DNA of 36,061 nucleotides from Candidatus Methanomethylophilaceae archaeon (GTDB taxonomy: Archaea > Thermoplasmatota > Thermoplasmata > Methanomassiliicoccales > Methanomethylophilaceae). A program made the translations under genes and the position numbers. The notes beneath the pieces were generated by a model. It saw nothing but the letters and a program-made list of their open reading frames with translations. It was not told where the DNA came from and ran no database searches. How positions within the stretch are numbered: position 1 is the stretch's first letter; the number at the start of each line of letters is the position of its first letter. This document shows, in pieces, positions 18,647-28,711 of this stretch. The stretch is from the NCBI GenBank assembly GCA_007116915.1, contig SKHQ01000099.1:1-36061 (forward strand), in the 5' to 3' direction.

Positions 18647-19039
18647 ATGGCTAAGACACAGTTCCGTTTCTCCCGGATCGTGGCGATAAAATTCCTGAGT
18701 TTGTTCATGGGAGGCGTGCTGGTTTTGACCGGCATTCTGCATCAATTCAACCCTGAGTTCCTCAATCTTAATCACGGCCTAGGACTGGGTTTTCTCGCAG
18801 TATTGCTGCCTATGCTACTGGGACTTTTGATGGTCATCTACGGAGTGGGCATATGGATGGGGTTCATTGAAGGAAGGTCGGAGATGTTCTACGTCGGCAT
18901 CGCCCTATACGCCCTGATGGCCGTCCTGGGGTTGCTAGCCTATTACGAGGGTCTTATACTGACGGCGATCGGAGTGTTCGTGGTATTCGGTTTCCTGAAC
19001 TGCAACCAGCTCAAACGTTATTTCGGGGTTTTAAAATAG
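18647..19039 (+). CDS. Small 4-TM membrane protein (paralog 1 of a tandem trio)
   Basis: Hydrophobic helices; C-terminal QLKRYF resembles QVKNFF/QVKEHF of the neighbours. Confidence 0.6.
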   Translation: MAKTQFRFSRIVAIKFLSLFMGGVLVLTGILHQFNPEFLNLNHGLGLGFLAVLLPMLLGLLMVIYGVGIWMGFIEGRSEMFYVGIALYALMAVLGLLAYYEGLILTAIGVFVVFGFLNCNQLKRYFGVLK

Positions 19040-19092
19040 ACTGGCTCTACTCATAATAATATATTTATATATTCAATTGCAGTTATTAGGTC

Positions 19093-19455
19093 ATGGCTAA
19101 GAGACCTTTTCTCATAACCTTGATAGGCGTTTTGTATCTGTTGATGGGACTATCGATGATTGCCGGAGGTATAGGCGTAGCGTTCCTGGACCTCTCTGTA
19201 CTGGACCCTGATATGGCAGGCGCGGGCGCGGTCATAGGAGGAGGCGTTCTGGTATTCGGAATCATACTCCTGATAATCGCATACGGTTTCCTGAAGGGAT
19301 GGTCGATCATGTGGTATCTGGGTGTTATATTCTCCGCCCTTGGAGCCCTTGGTTCGTTGTTCGCCCTGCCTGAAGCAATATTCATGCTGGTGATTAACGC
19401 CGTCATACTCTACTACCTGTTCCGTCCTCAGGTCAAGAATTTTTTCAAGGTCTAG
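19093..19455 (+). CDS. Small 4-TM membrane protein (paralog 2)
   Basis: RPFLITLIG...YGFLKGWSIMWYL...RPQVKNFF. Confidence 0.7.
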   Translation: MAKRPFLITLIGVLYLLMGLSMIAGGIGVAFLDLSVLDPDMAGAGAVIGGGVLVFGIILLIIAYGFLKGWSIMWYLGVIFSALGALGSLFALPEAIFMLVINAVILYYLFRPQVKNFFKV

Positions 19456-19519
19456 CGGTTATTCCTTTTTTCCGTAATCGCTCAGAAACCTTTTTCTCTT
19501 TAACCACCTAATCATTACT

Positions 19520-19903
19520 GTGGATGAAAGACCGATCTTGGTGACTTTGGTGGGCACGCTTCTGCTCGTTATAGGATTCCTAAGCATCCTGGAAGGTTAT
19601 ATGGTCATCCAGAATGAGAGTACCTTGCTCGGCATGGACCCCTTCTCTCTCGGAATATTCAGCCTGCTGGTTGGTCTGGCACTAATGATATGCGGCCTTG
19701 CCGCATTCTATGGTAATTTCTTTTTCTGGTACCTAACCTTGGCCATTTGTTTTGTTGCTCTGATAAACTCCGTACTGATGGTACCGGAGGGGTTGGTCCG
19801 TTTTGTATTGATTTTGATTGTGCTCACTTATATAACGAGGCCTCAGGTCAAAGAGCATTTCGGCATCAATAACCAAGGGTCAACGAAATCTTATTCCCGA
19901 TGA
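19520..19903 (+). CDS. Small 4-TM membrane protein (paralog 3)
   Basis: RPILVTLVG...FYGNFFFWYL...RPQVKEHF; GTG start. Confidence 0.7.
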   Translation: MDERPILVTLVGTLLLVIGFLSILEGYMVIQNESTLLGMDPFSLGIFSLLVGLALMICGLAAFYGNFFFWYLTLAICFVALINSVLMVPEGLVRFVLILIVLTYITRPQVKEHFGINNQGSTKSYSR

Positions 19904-20293
19904 CCATTCGATGGTACCGAGATTGGCGAGCATCCACATCTCCAAGGCCTGCATCGCGAATGCGCCCAGCCAGACTATGGACATCATGACGAGACATACA
20001 ATAGTCAGAATCAAGAACCAACCATATGCCAATGCGACCAATATCGATGTCAGAAGAATCCCGGTGGCCATAAGATAAAGTCCCCGTTCAGTGAAACCCA
20101 TATAGATATGACCGACGCCCCATAGACCGATTATGCCGGGGAACAATGCGAGTATCAATCCTATCTTCGGATTTCTGACCGGAGCCTCCTTCTTTGCCAC
20201 CGGTGGCGCACGTGGTATCTCACGGTAACATTTCGGACAGGTTATCGAGTTCTCCGGAACCGGAGACATACAGTGACGACATCTCTTGGTCAT
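19880..20293 (-). CDS. Zinc-ribbon + TM2-like membrane protein
   Basis: CRHC...CPKC followed by NP.IGLILALFPG..GLWGVGHIYMG. Confidence 0.72.
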   Translation of the reverse strand: MTKRCRHCMSPVPENSITCPKCYREIPRAPPVAKKEAPVRNPKIGLILALFPGIIGLWGVGHIYMGFTERGLYLMATGILLTSILVALAYGWFLILTIVCLVMMSIVWLGAFAMQALEMWMLANLGTIEWSSGIRFR

Positions 20294-20312
20294 GGGTTGT
20301 AAGACTCCGCCT

Positions 20313-20756
20313 TCATTTCATTTTGTCAGGATCCAATCTGACCGCTAATCCTTGAAAGGTCGCCACATGTCTGTCGTTATCGTGGATCAGTACCTCATAC
20401 AACGCGTGGTTGCGGGTGGAGTTGATCTTCCTGGAGGTGGCTTTTATTCTATCCCCAAGTGCAGGCCTGTGATATGATATATTACAACTGAGGGCCACCC
20501 ACACATCGCTTTCTAGATTGGATGATAATGCGAAGGCCTCATCGGCCAGAGTGAATATTGCGCCTCCGTGTCCGGTTTCGATGCTGTTCCGCCTACCCTT
20601 CAAAGGCATGGACACCACAGCGCTTTCGGATGATAGACTTTCCAGCTCTATCCCCGTTGTGATAACGAACTCGCTGGACATGAGCTTCCTGGCGCGTACA
20701 CGGCTACCTTCGGGGAGATCGGGATGGAAGCACTCCTCATTCATGTTGCATACCAT
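20313..20756 (-). CDS. PaaI-family hotdog-fold thioesterase
   Basis: N...GHGGAIFTLADEAF, ISYHRPA. Confidence 0.85.
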   Translation of the reverse strand: MVCNMNEECFHPDLPEGSRVRARKLMSSEFVITTGIELESLSSESAVVSMPLKGRRNSIETGHGGAIFTLADEAFALSSNLESDVWVALSCNISYHRPALGDRIKATSRKINSTRNHALYEVLIHDNDRHVATFQGLAVRLDPDKMK

Positions 20757-20822
20757 GTATTACCTCCATATAAAAGTTTGAATGAAAGGGTTTAACATTC
20801 TGCAATCCCTTGACTGAATGAG

Positions 20823-22184
20823 ATGGAAACTACGCTGGTCAAAGGAAAGGCCGTGAGCGATCCGGTGAGCGTCACCGATTTCAACTCCATCGCCCGCCGA
20901 ATTCTGGTTAACTGTGATTCACTCAATGACGTTTGGGTGCGAGGGGAGATCTCCAATCTGATACGGGCATCCTCTGGCCATTATTATTTCACCATGAAGG
21001 ATGGCGGAAGCGAATTGCGTTGCACACTTTTCCGTGGTGTTGCCCAACGACTCACCAAACCTCCTCAGGATAAGGAAGAGGTGGTCGCCAAAGGCTCAGC
21101 CGACCTATACCTGGCCCGAGGCTCTTACCAATTCAACATAACCGACCTAAAGCCCGTGGGTGTCGGGGACCTACATGCCAAGTTCGAGGAATTGAAGAGA
21201 AGGTTGATGGAGGAGGGGCTTTTTGATGAAAGCCACAAACGCCCATTGCCCCGATACCCGGACACCATAGGCGTCGTCACCTCAGCGACCGGCTCGGTGA
21301 TCAGGGACATCATCAACGTTGCGTCGAGACGGTACCCCTGCCGCATCATACTTGCTCCGGCCCAGGTCCAGGGTTCGGGATCCTCGGACTCCATCGTGAA
21401 GGCTATGTCGCTCCTCCTCAGGTACGGTGTGGACCTTATGATAGTGGGTAGGGGAGGCGGTTCACTGGAGGATCTGTGGCCATTCAATGAAGAGTCGGTA
21501 GCCAGGGCGATATACTCCTGCCCGGTCCCGGTGATATCCGCGGTCGGACACGAGACCGACTATTCCATATCCGACTTCGTTGCCGACAGACGTGCCGAGA
21601 CACCATCGGCGGCCGCGGAGATGGCACTGCCGGATCTAGGGCTTGAGAAAAGGCATCTACTGCAGTTGGCCTCCAAGGGCGATAGGGCACTGATGCGTTC
21701 ATCTGAATCGGCCCATCGGGAATTCTTGTCACTGGACCGCATGCTGGCTCCAAAACGTGCCCAAGAAAGGTTGGAACAGATGATGCAAAGGGTAGACGAC
21801 CTCGATGATGACATGGTCCGCAGCGTCAAGATGAGGGGCGAGAGGCTTGTCAGCCGCATAGATGGTTTGAGATATCGTCTATCACCAGTTCATGCCAAGC
21901 TTATGATCGATGGTGCGAAGAGGGATCTGGATCAGAAGTATGAGCGTTCGGACGCTCTTGTGAGTGTCCGATTGAATGAGGCGTCAACAAGGCTCCAGAG
22001 CCTGGAGGGATCCATGAATGCTCTGGACCCTATCAAGGTACTCGACCGTGGATACTGTATCGTCATCGGGCCTGACGGCAGACCGGTTTCGAGCATAGAC
22101 GATGTTATGCTGACCGATATGGTGAGGATGAGGCTTCAGGACGGTTACCTGAGTGCAGAGATCAAGGATAAGGAGATTTTATGA
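20823..22184 (+). CDS. xseA: Exodeoxyribonuclease VII large subunit
   Basis: VWVRGEISN, SGHYYFTMKD, IGVVTS, RGGGSLEDLWPFN, SAVGHETD, TPSAAAE, VLDRGY. Confidence 0.96.
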   Translation: METTLVKGKAVSDPVSVTDFNSIARRILVNCDSLNDVWVRGEISNLIRASSGHYYFTMKDGGSELRCTLFRGVAQRLTKPPQDKEEVVAKGSADLYLARGSYQFNITDLKPVGVGDLHAKFEELKRRLMEEGLFDESHKRPLPRYPDTIGVVTSATGSVIRDIINVASRRYPCRIILAPAQVQGSGSSDSIVKAMSLLLRYGVDLMIVGRGGGSLEDLWPFNEESVARAIYSCPVPVISAVGHETDYSISDFVADRRAETPSAAAEMALPDLGLEKRHLLQLASKGDRALMRSSESAHREFLSLDRMLAPKRAQERLEQMMQRVDDLDDDMVRSVKMRGERLVSRIDGLRYRLSPVHAKLMIDGAKRDLDQKYERSDALVSVRLNEASTRLQSLEGSMNALDPIKVLDRGYCIVIGPDGRPVSSIDDVMLTDMVRMRLQDGYLSAEIKDKEIL

Positions 22185-22411
22185 TGGAAGAGGAGAAGAA
22201 AGAGATAGCGTTCGAGGAGGCCCTGGCCGAACTCGAGTCGCTGGTTCAGAAGCTGGATGAGGGCGACCTCGGTCTTGAGGAGAGTCTTGAGGTCTATGAG
22301 AGGGCTGTCGAGTTGAGGGACCTTTGCCGTAAGCGCCTGGAAGAGTATGACCGCCGCGTCAGCAAGTTGATGGAGAAGGACGAGGACCTGGAAGTAGAGG
22401 ATTTCGACTGA
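22181..22411 (+). CDS. xseB: Exodeoxyribonuclease VII small subunit
   Basis: FEEALAELESLVQKLDEGDLGLEESLEVYERAVEL; ATGA overlap with xseA. Confidence 0.95.
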   Translation: MMEEEKKEIAFEEALAELESLVQKLDEGDLGLEESLEVYERAVELRDLCRKRLEEYDRRVSKLMEKDEDLEVEDFD

Positions 22412-23266
22412 TCATTCCCACAGGTGGAGGCCGTTGTCCTCTCCCCATTCTTTTATGGCCGCATACAGTTCGGTGCTGTGGAAATCCTCCCGTGTGTAAG
22501 ATAGTCTCAGAGTCCCGGAAAGCATCCCCTGGTTCATCGAGCGGGCATTGTAAAGACCTATAGACTCCCGTAGAGCCAACAGTAGGATGCTTACCATATC
22601 GTGTCCCCGGCATATGACCCACGGATCATAATTCTTCTTAAGTTCGACCTCGAGGTCCTGATGTACGGTTCTTTTGTTGGCGTTGCTATGGCCTGACAAT
22701 GAGAATATATGATCGACCATCCTTTTGTTGTCAGCCGATATCTTGGCGGTATCAACGAAGCTACGATGGTTTATATCCCGGAAAGAAAGGTTATAATCCT
22801 TCTTCATGGACAGGAACATCAGCATTCCCAAGGGATAGGAGGACTTCATTATCGCATCCTTGACGGAATCGCCAGTCCTTTGCTTGAATCTTGCCATCTC
22901 ATCACGGTCACCATACTCCCAAAGTACGGAGTCCAGTGCCGATGAACGCATGAGTGCAGTCTCAAGATCGTGGCAATCAGTGACGAAGAGATGTTCATCG
23001 AATTTCTTGCCTAGAAGTAGGTCGTAATCCTGGTCCACTATGCCTGAGGTCAGACCATCGCCTCGGGTGTCGGCCATCTCCCGCACAGTTTTCCTCACAT
23101 TGTCCTTGGAGTGAGCTATGACAACTTGACACTCAGAGGGGTTGGTGAATTTCCCATATAGGCGCGAATCGGTGACGCCTTCGACGACAAGGAATGCACC
23201 GCGGTACTTGGATCGCCGCATTGACATCTCGTTGGCGACCTCATAAGGCTGGATGTGCCTTCTCAA
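22412..23266 (-). CDS. DUF4435-type TOPRIM nuclease (AriB-like)
   Basis: VVEGVTD (TOPRIM Glu), IVDQDYD (DxD), HDLET, RGHD. Probable TTG start at 23266, directly after the ATPase stop. Confidence 0.75.
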   Translation of the reverse strand: MRRHIQPYEVANEMSMRRSKYRGAFLVVEGVTDSRLYGKFTNPSECQVVIAHSKDNVRKTVREMADTRGDGLTSGIVDQDYDLLLGKKFDEHLFVTDCHDLETALMRSSALDSVLWEYGDRDEMARFKQRTGDSVKDAIMKSSYPLGMLMFLSMKKDYNLSFRDINHRSFVDTAKISADNKRMVDHIFSLSGHSNANKRTVHQDLEVELKKNYDPWVICRGHDMVSILLLALRESIGLYNARSMNQGMLSGTLRLSYTREDFHSTELYAAIKEWGEDNGLHLWE

Positions 23267-23267
23267 T

Positions 23268-24308
23268 TCAAACCACCAGTTCCACGGTGAGGTCCCAACG
23301 GTCATGGACTACCTGTGGCGAGTGTGTAGCCATTATCACCTGGAGGTCCCTAGTCCTACCGATACTCAAGAATAGGGAGGCTATACACTGCTGCCAGGTT
23401 ATGTGCAGGGAAATCTCCGGTTCATCGATTATGACCAGTCCGCCGGGCGTGGCCTCGAACATCATGGTGTACAATAATAACAGAAGTTGCTTCTCACCGG
23501 AGGACAGCTTGGATAACTTTATGACCTTGCCCTCATCGAGAATCACGTTGAAACCGTCATGGGAATCGAAACTGAGTTTCTTCCGGAACAACATTGGATT
23601 GATTATATCGAGTAGTGCCACTGCGCTCTCTGCCAAAGGATAAAGGGCATCTGCCACCTTGGAGAGCCGGTACAGACCCTTGAGTTGTGATTTAGACCAA
23701 TGGGAGGGTTCATTGTCGAGTATTTCGGCTACAATACTTTCGTCGATTATTTCAGGCATGAGGCCGGCGTTTTCTGCCATTTTGATCCTTGCCTTCACCT
23801 CATGGAGTTTTGAATGCGGATCGGGCGCAAACCCTTCGCTCAGAGTCTCATCCTCGGAACTCACCCAAAGGCCTTCCGCCATCGATATGAACTCTGCGTA
23901 TGTGTCGCCGATTCGGCGTGAATAAGCGTCCAACGCCGAAACGTATCTTCCTTCTGATTCCTCGATGAACAATCGTTGCGGTCCCAGGTAGTAAACTGAG
24001 TGTAATTCTGTAACCTCCTCTTTTGTCATCGGTATCATATTTCCAGAGTCGAGTAGCGTGACCTCCATCACCTCATCCTTGAGGAAGACCAGTTTCCTAC
24101 CCTCATCGAAACCGAATTCAAGACGATGGAAAGGAATCATATCCAACTCCTCCCAATCACCGTTGAAGGCCAGACACACCATCTTGACCAGGGTGCTCTT
24201 ACCGAGTCCGTTCGGAGAGTGGACTATTGTCAGACCGTCCTCTTTCAGCTCTATCATGTGGTTGAACCGCGCGAACAGACCATCGACCTTAATCCAGTTC
24301 AGTTTCAT
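23268..24308 (-). CDS. ABC-type (AAA_15/AAA_21-like) ATPase, AriA-like
   Basis: Walker A SPNGLGKST, signature LSSGEKQ, Walker B IIDEPEISLH, H-loop ATHSP; no TM domain. Confidence 0.85.
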   Translation of the reverse strand: MKLNWIKVDGLFARFNHMIELKEDGLTIVHSPNGLGKSTLVKMVCLAFNGDWEELDMIPFHRLEFGFDEGRKLVFLKDEVMEVTLLDSGNMIPMTKEEVTELHSVYYLGPQRLFIEESEGRYVSALDAYSRRIGDTYAEFISMAEGLWVSSEDETLSEGFAPDPHSKLHEVKARIKMAENAGLMPEIIDESIVAEILDNEPSHWSKSQLKGLYRLSKVADALYPLAESAVALLDIINPMLFRKKLSFDSHDGFNVILDEGKVIKLSKLSSGEKQLLLLLYTMMFEATPGGLVIIDEPEISLHITWQQCIASLFLSIGRTRDLQVIMATHSPQVVHDRWDLTVELVV

Positions 24309-24378
24309 CTTATCCTCAGTTGTTTGCTTTTAGATTGATAAAAGGTTTATGCCACTGACTGAGAGGCCGTGAGAATAA

Positions 24379-25257
24379 ATGAGGATAAGAACAAATACAC
24401 GTAAGTTCTCGAGCCTGGTCATGGAGGAGAATGACGCCCGATTCCGAAGGGTGAGTGCCCTTTTGGGCCGTAAGGAACTGCAGGAGGCCTATGTGGAGGT
24501 CGAACGCATTGTCAACTCCTCTCGTCTTCATCCGTTCATATTGATGAAATGTGCCGCTCTGCTTCTCACTGTCAATAAAAAAGAGAGGAGTGATGAGGTC
24601 GCATCCATGGCCATGGACTGTACTTTGCACGATGATTCCGAAATCGTTCAACTGGCAATTGCATTGAGAGGATTGGGCAGATACAAGGATTCCCTGTCAC
24701 TGTTGGATAGGGTCGATAAGAACCATTCCGGCCTTGACATGGAGAAGGCGAAGACCCTGGCGGCATCCGGCGATGCACATTCCTGTCTCGACATTCTGGA
24801 TTCTATTGACGGTATCGAAGCCGATATTGTTAGATGCGAAGCCCTTTCCCGACTTGGATCTCATGAATCAGCGATAGGGCTCGCGCAAAAAACCATGGAC
24901 CTCCGCGGGCTGGATTATGAGACAGGATCCCTGTTACTGGGGGCAATGTTGAGGGCGGGCTCCGTCAAAGAGGCTAAACGACTGGCAAACTCTATGGTCA
25001 AGGATGCCAAGGACGCTGACAGTCTCGCCCTGAAATCATACGTGATGCGGATAAACGGCCGCATACCCGCTGCAATGAACTATGCGAATCAATCCCTACT
25101 AAAGGAACCTCGCCACATCGGTGCATTGTGGAACCTGGCCTTATGTCTTTTAGAGAAGGGCAGGAAGGAGGAGGCCAAGCTATTGGCGGGGGCGATAAAC
25201 GAAGCTTCCCCTGCAAGCCCTCATGTGTTGGAGATCCTCGATCTTTGCAACCAGTGA
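24379..25257 (+). CDS. TPR-repeat protein
   Basis: Repeated Ala/Leu helical pattern (LAIALRGLGRYKDSL, ALWNLALCLLEKGRKEEA). Confidence 0.75.
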   Translation: MRIRTNTRKFSSLVMEENDARFRRVSALLGRKELQEAYVEVERIVNSSRLHPFILMKCAALLLTVNKKERSDEVASMAMDCTLHDDSEIVQLAIALRGLGRYKDSLSLLDRVDKNHSGLDMEKAKTLAASGDAHSCLDILDSIDGIEADIVRCEALSRLGSHESAIGLAQKTMDLRGLDYETGSLLLGAMLRAGSVKEAKRLANSMVKDAKDADSLALKSYVMRINGRIPAAMNYANQSLLKEPRHIGALWNLALCLLEKGRKEEAKLLAGAINEASPASPHVLEILDLCNQ

Positions 25258-25260
25258 ACA

Positions 25261-26790
25261 CTATTTATTCAACTTCTTGGATCGATGACTGTGCCTCTTG
25301 AACTCCTTCCAGAAGGCAGGGGTCAAGAGTACGAAGACGGTTATCAACTCAAGACGACCGGCCCACATCGCAAATATCAAAGTGACCTTAGCGACGGGGT
25401 TCATCCAAGCATAGTCTCCATATGGTCCGACAGCGCCCATACCTGGGCCATGGTTTGATATACACGCTGCCACGGCACTGAACGACTCGGTCACAGGCAC
25501 TCCTGTCGCCAATAGTATGAACGTGGCGCCTATCAGGGTGGCGGTAAAAAGCAGGACCATGGCGATGGTTACAGCGACGGCGTCATCGCTTACCGACTTG
25601 CCATCCATCTTCATCGATATGACCGCACGTGGATGGATCTGCCTCAGCATCCCTTGGTAGAGATACTTAAGCGCAACGACGGCCCGCGACATCTTCAGAC
25701 CTCCGGCGGTGGAGCCGCTGCTGGCTCCGACCAACATTATCACCAGGATTATCATCTGAATGAAGACCGGCCAGGCATTGTAATCATCAACAGCGAATCC
25801 GGTCGATGTGAACGCGGACATGATGTGGAAGGCGGAATATCTGAGTGTTTCCTCGCCCTCGTTGAGAAGGTTGAAACCGTCCATGTGGAAATTCAACGCC
25901 AGGAATGTGAAGGTTGTCAAGATGATGGCTATCAGAGCGAATGTCCTGAATTCCGTGCTCTCCACGTATGCCTTCGGTTCACGTTGATATAAAGTTCGGT
26001 AATGAAGGTAGAAGTTGGTTGCCCCTAGGAACATGAACAGGATCACTATCCATTGGATTCCGGGACTGAAGTTTGCAAGGCTGTCCGAATGGGGCGAGAA
26101 TCCTCCGGTGGACATCGTTGAGAACATCAGAGTCAACGAATCGTAGAATGACTCTCCCATCAGTAGTATGATGATCACGAGACAACCGGATAGTAGGAGA
26201 TAGATATTGTGGAACTCCTTGGCCGCCTCCTGTATCCTGAATGTGAAATTGTGCACGTCCATCCCGGGGAATTCGTTCTTGAATAGGTTCCTTCCTCCGA
26301 TGCCTAACATCGGTAAGATGGTCACGAAGACCATTATGATACCGGCACCGCCCAACCATTGCGTGAAACTCCTCCACAGCAGGAGACTGGCCGGCCAACT
26401 CTCGATGCTCGTCATGATTGTCGCCCCGGTGGTTGTGAAACCGCTCATGCTCTCAAAACAAGCGTCCAAAAATCCCATTCCGGCTATTATGTATGGTATG
26501 GCACCGACGAACATCGCGATTATCCAGGCTCCCGACACCAGGAAAATACCCTCCACAGGACGCAGCGCCTGACTGGGACTACAGAAGGTTATCAACGGTA
26601 TGGCTATCAGTAGGCAGATGATTAGGGGCACGATGAACATCGTGAGATCTTCAGCATAGACATAGGCGGTAATGAGGGGGACGAGGAGGGCTACTGCCAG
26701 ATATAAAAGAATGACTCCTGTCAGATATGCCAAGCTATTCTCGTATACCGAGAACCTGGCCATCATACCTTTTTCTTTGGCCATCATCAT
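25261..26790 (-). CDS. trkH: Trk potassium uptake membrane subunit
   Basis: FESMSGFTTTGAT, WRSFTQWLGGAG, STGGFS, SSGSTAGGLK, GRLE. Confidence 0.95.
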   Translation of the reverse strand: MMMAKEKGMMARFSVYENSLAYLTGVILLYLAVALLVPLITAYVYAEDLTMFIVPLIICLLIAIPLITFCSPSQALRPVEGIFLVSGAWIIAMFVGAIPYIIAGMGFLDACFESMSGFTTTGATIMTSIESWPASLLLWRSFTQWLGGAGIIMVFVTILPMLGIGGRNLFKNEFPGMDVHNFTFRIQEAAKEFHNIYLLLSGCLVIIILLMGESFYDSLTLMFSTMSTGGFSPHSDSLANFSPGIQWIVILFMFLGATNFYLHYRTLYQREPKAYVESTEFRTFALIAIILTTFTFLALNFHMDGFNLLNEGEETLRYSAFHIMSAFTSTGFAVDDYNAWPVFIQMIILVIMLVGASSGSTAGGLKMSRAVVALKYLYQGMLRQIHPRAVISMKMDGKSVSDDAVAVTIAMVLLFTATLIGATFILLATGVPVTESFSAVAACISNHGPGMGAVGPYGDYAWMNPVAKVTLIFAMWAGRLELITVFVLLTPAFWKEFKRHSHRSKKLNK

Positions 26791-26794
26791 CGCC

Positions 26795-28144
26795 TCATGG
26801 CTCTACCGGTATGGGGACCAGGAAGAGCTTCTCAAGCTTCGAGATCTTGGTGTTGTATGCATATAGCAACACCTTGTCGCCGACATCCAAAACCGTGTCC
26901 AGACGCGGGAACATTATTACATTGTCCTTCACCACGACGGCGATGTGAGATCCATCAGGGAGTTTGACATCTCCGAGTGGGACGCCCACCATCTTGGAAC
27001 CGGCCACTATGTTGATGCTTACGAACTCTTCTCCCTGGGAGTGCATCAAAAGAACCGCCTGGGAGTCGGGGACCATCCTTTTTATGATCTCGTTTGCGAC
27101 AACCCGATGATACCCTATGGCGCTGGTGATTCCGGTCATCTCGAAGATCTCTTCGAAATCACGCATGGTGTAACGGGATATCACCTTCTCAACACCAAGT
27201 TTCATACCTATGAGACATGACAATAGGTTCTTCTCATCACTGTTGGTGCAGCAGAGCATCACATCTGCCTTGCCCACATTCTCGCTCTTAAGATTACGCG
27301 GATCCACAGCATTGGCATTTATAACCAGAACATGATCGAATAGCCTTGACAGCATCCGGCACTTATTCTCATCCGTCTCGAACAAACGTATGTAGGTCTT
27401 TTCCTTCTCCAGGATTTTGGCAATTCCTCTGCCGATGATGCCGCCGCCCATGATGACGAAGTCCCGTGCCTCGTGGTCAATTCCGATCAAGCGGTTGAAG
27501 TCCAACATCGCTGTTGGAGTCCCTATCACGTTGACGCGGTCTCCGGATTCAATGACCAATGATTCATCGATTATCTTGATGTCATCTCCACGATATATGG
27601 ACACCACCGAGCAGTCATTGGGTATCTTGATCTCTTGGAGATACTTACCAATTAGGTGAATGTGCTTATCCTTGATTAGAAAGCTAACTATCTGGAGGCC
27701 CAACGACTTCAACTCATCGAAGTCAACCGCATTCTCAATCATTGCGATGCGGGCCATCTTCTCAGCGGTCAGGAGCTCTGGCGATATTATATGGTCCGCA
27801 CCAATGTAATGATCCGTTTTCTTGTCGATGTAGATGTATTCAGGATCCCGGACCCGTGCGACGGTCCTTATGTTCGGGTTGATGACCTTGGCCGCCATAC
27901 AGGCGAACATATTGATCTCATCCAACTCGGTGACAGCCAGTATCATGTCTGTCGAGGGAGTTATAAGCTTTTCAAGTACTTTTGGACTGGCTCCGTTGCC
28001 GTGATAGGTGCCGACATCCAAAGATTCCTTGATGTCATTGACCTTCTCCTCATTCTTCTCCACAACGGTAATCTTGTGGATCCGGGACAAGGCGTTAGCG
28101 ACTGTGTAGCCGACATTGCCGGCCCCTACGATGACGACTTCCAT
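26795..28144 (-). CDS. trkA: Trk potassium uptake NAD-binding subunit (two RCK domains)
   Basis: GAGNVG and GGGIIG Rossmann motifs; adjacent to trkH. Confidence 0.95.
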   Translation of the reverse strand: MEVVIVGAGNVGYTVANALSRIHKITVVEKNEEKVNDIKESLDVGTYHGNGASPKVLEKLITPSTDMILAVTELDEINMFACMAAKVINPNIRTVARVRDPEYIYIDKKTDHYIGADHIISPELLTAEKMARIAMIENAVDFDELKSLGLQIVSFLIKDKHIHLIGKYLQEIKIPNDCSVVSIYRGDDIKIIDESLVIESGDRVNVIGTPTAMLDFNRLIGIDHEARDFVIMGGGIIGRGIAKILEKEKTYIRLFETDENKCRMLSRLFDHVLVINANAVDPRNLKSENVGKADVMLCCTNSDEKNLLSCLIGMKLGVEKVISRYTMRDFEEIFEMTGITSAIGYHRVVANEIIKRMVPDSQAVLLMHSQGEEFVSINIVAGSKMVGVPLGDVKLPDGSHIAVVVKDNVIMFPRLDTVLDVGDKVLLYAYNTKISKLEKLFLVPIPVEP

Positions 28145-28267
28145 TCAAACACCACCTTCGCAAATGGGGCTGACCATTGAATTCATTCAAATAGCGATTG
28201 GGTATATATCTTGTTTGCGGACAGAAATAAATATGTGTTTTTATTGTGCCGACTTGATTCCGGTTTT

Positions 28268-28648
28268 TTAAGGGTCCCTCTTACGGGAACGGAAGACCAC
28301 GAGTACAACAGAAAAAAGATAGACTACGCCTATACCCGCCATCAATGCGAAACCGACTGTGCTTGTCAGCATATAGTCGAGCATTGACTGATAGTCGAAG
28401 GACGAATAGATGTTGGGATTCGCGATGATGAAATCAACCGCATCCCTCAACATACCCTCCAACATCGGGATGTTAGGGTCGAAATAATTCTGAAATTCAC
28501 CAAGGCCAGGAGTGGTTTCGGCAGCCACACTGCTTGCAACTGAGTTCATACCTAGGAATGAAAGTCCCAGAACACCGGCAATCTTGCTCTTTAACCTCAG
28601 TTTTTCACCCGGAGTTAAGTGGATGTATGCATAAATAAATCCTCGCAT
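28268..28648 (-). CDS. Hypothetical small membrane/secreted protein
   Basis: Signal-like N-terminal segment and C-terminal TM helix followed by RSRKR; start uncertain. Confidence 0.5.
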   Translation of the reverse strand: MRGFIYAYIHLTPGEKLRLKSKIAGVLGLSFLGMNSVASSVAAETTPGLGEFQNYFDPNIPMLEGMLRDAVDFIIANPNIYSSFDYQSMLDYMLTSTVGFALMAGIGVVYLFSVVLVVFRSRKRDP

Positions 28649-28711
28649 CCCCAGATAACAATGGTCAGATGATGCATTAAGTTTAAATCAGGAATCGTTC
28701 ATCGAAATGTC

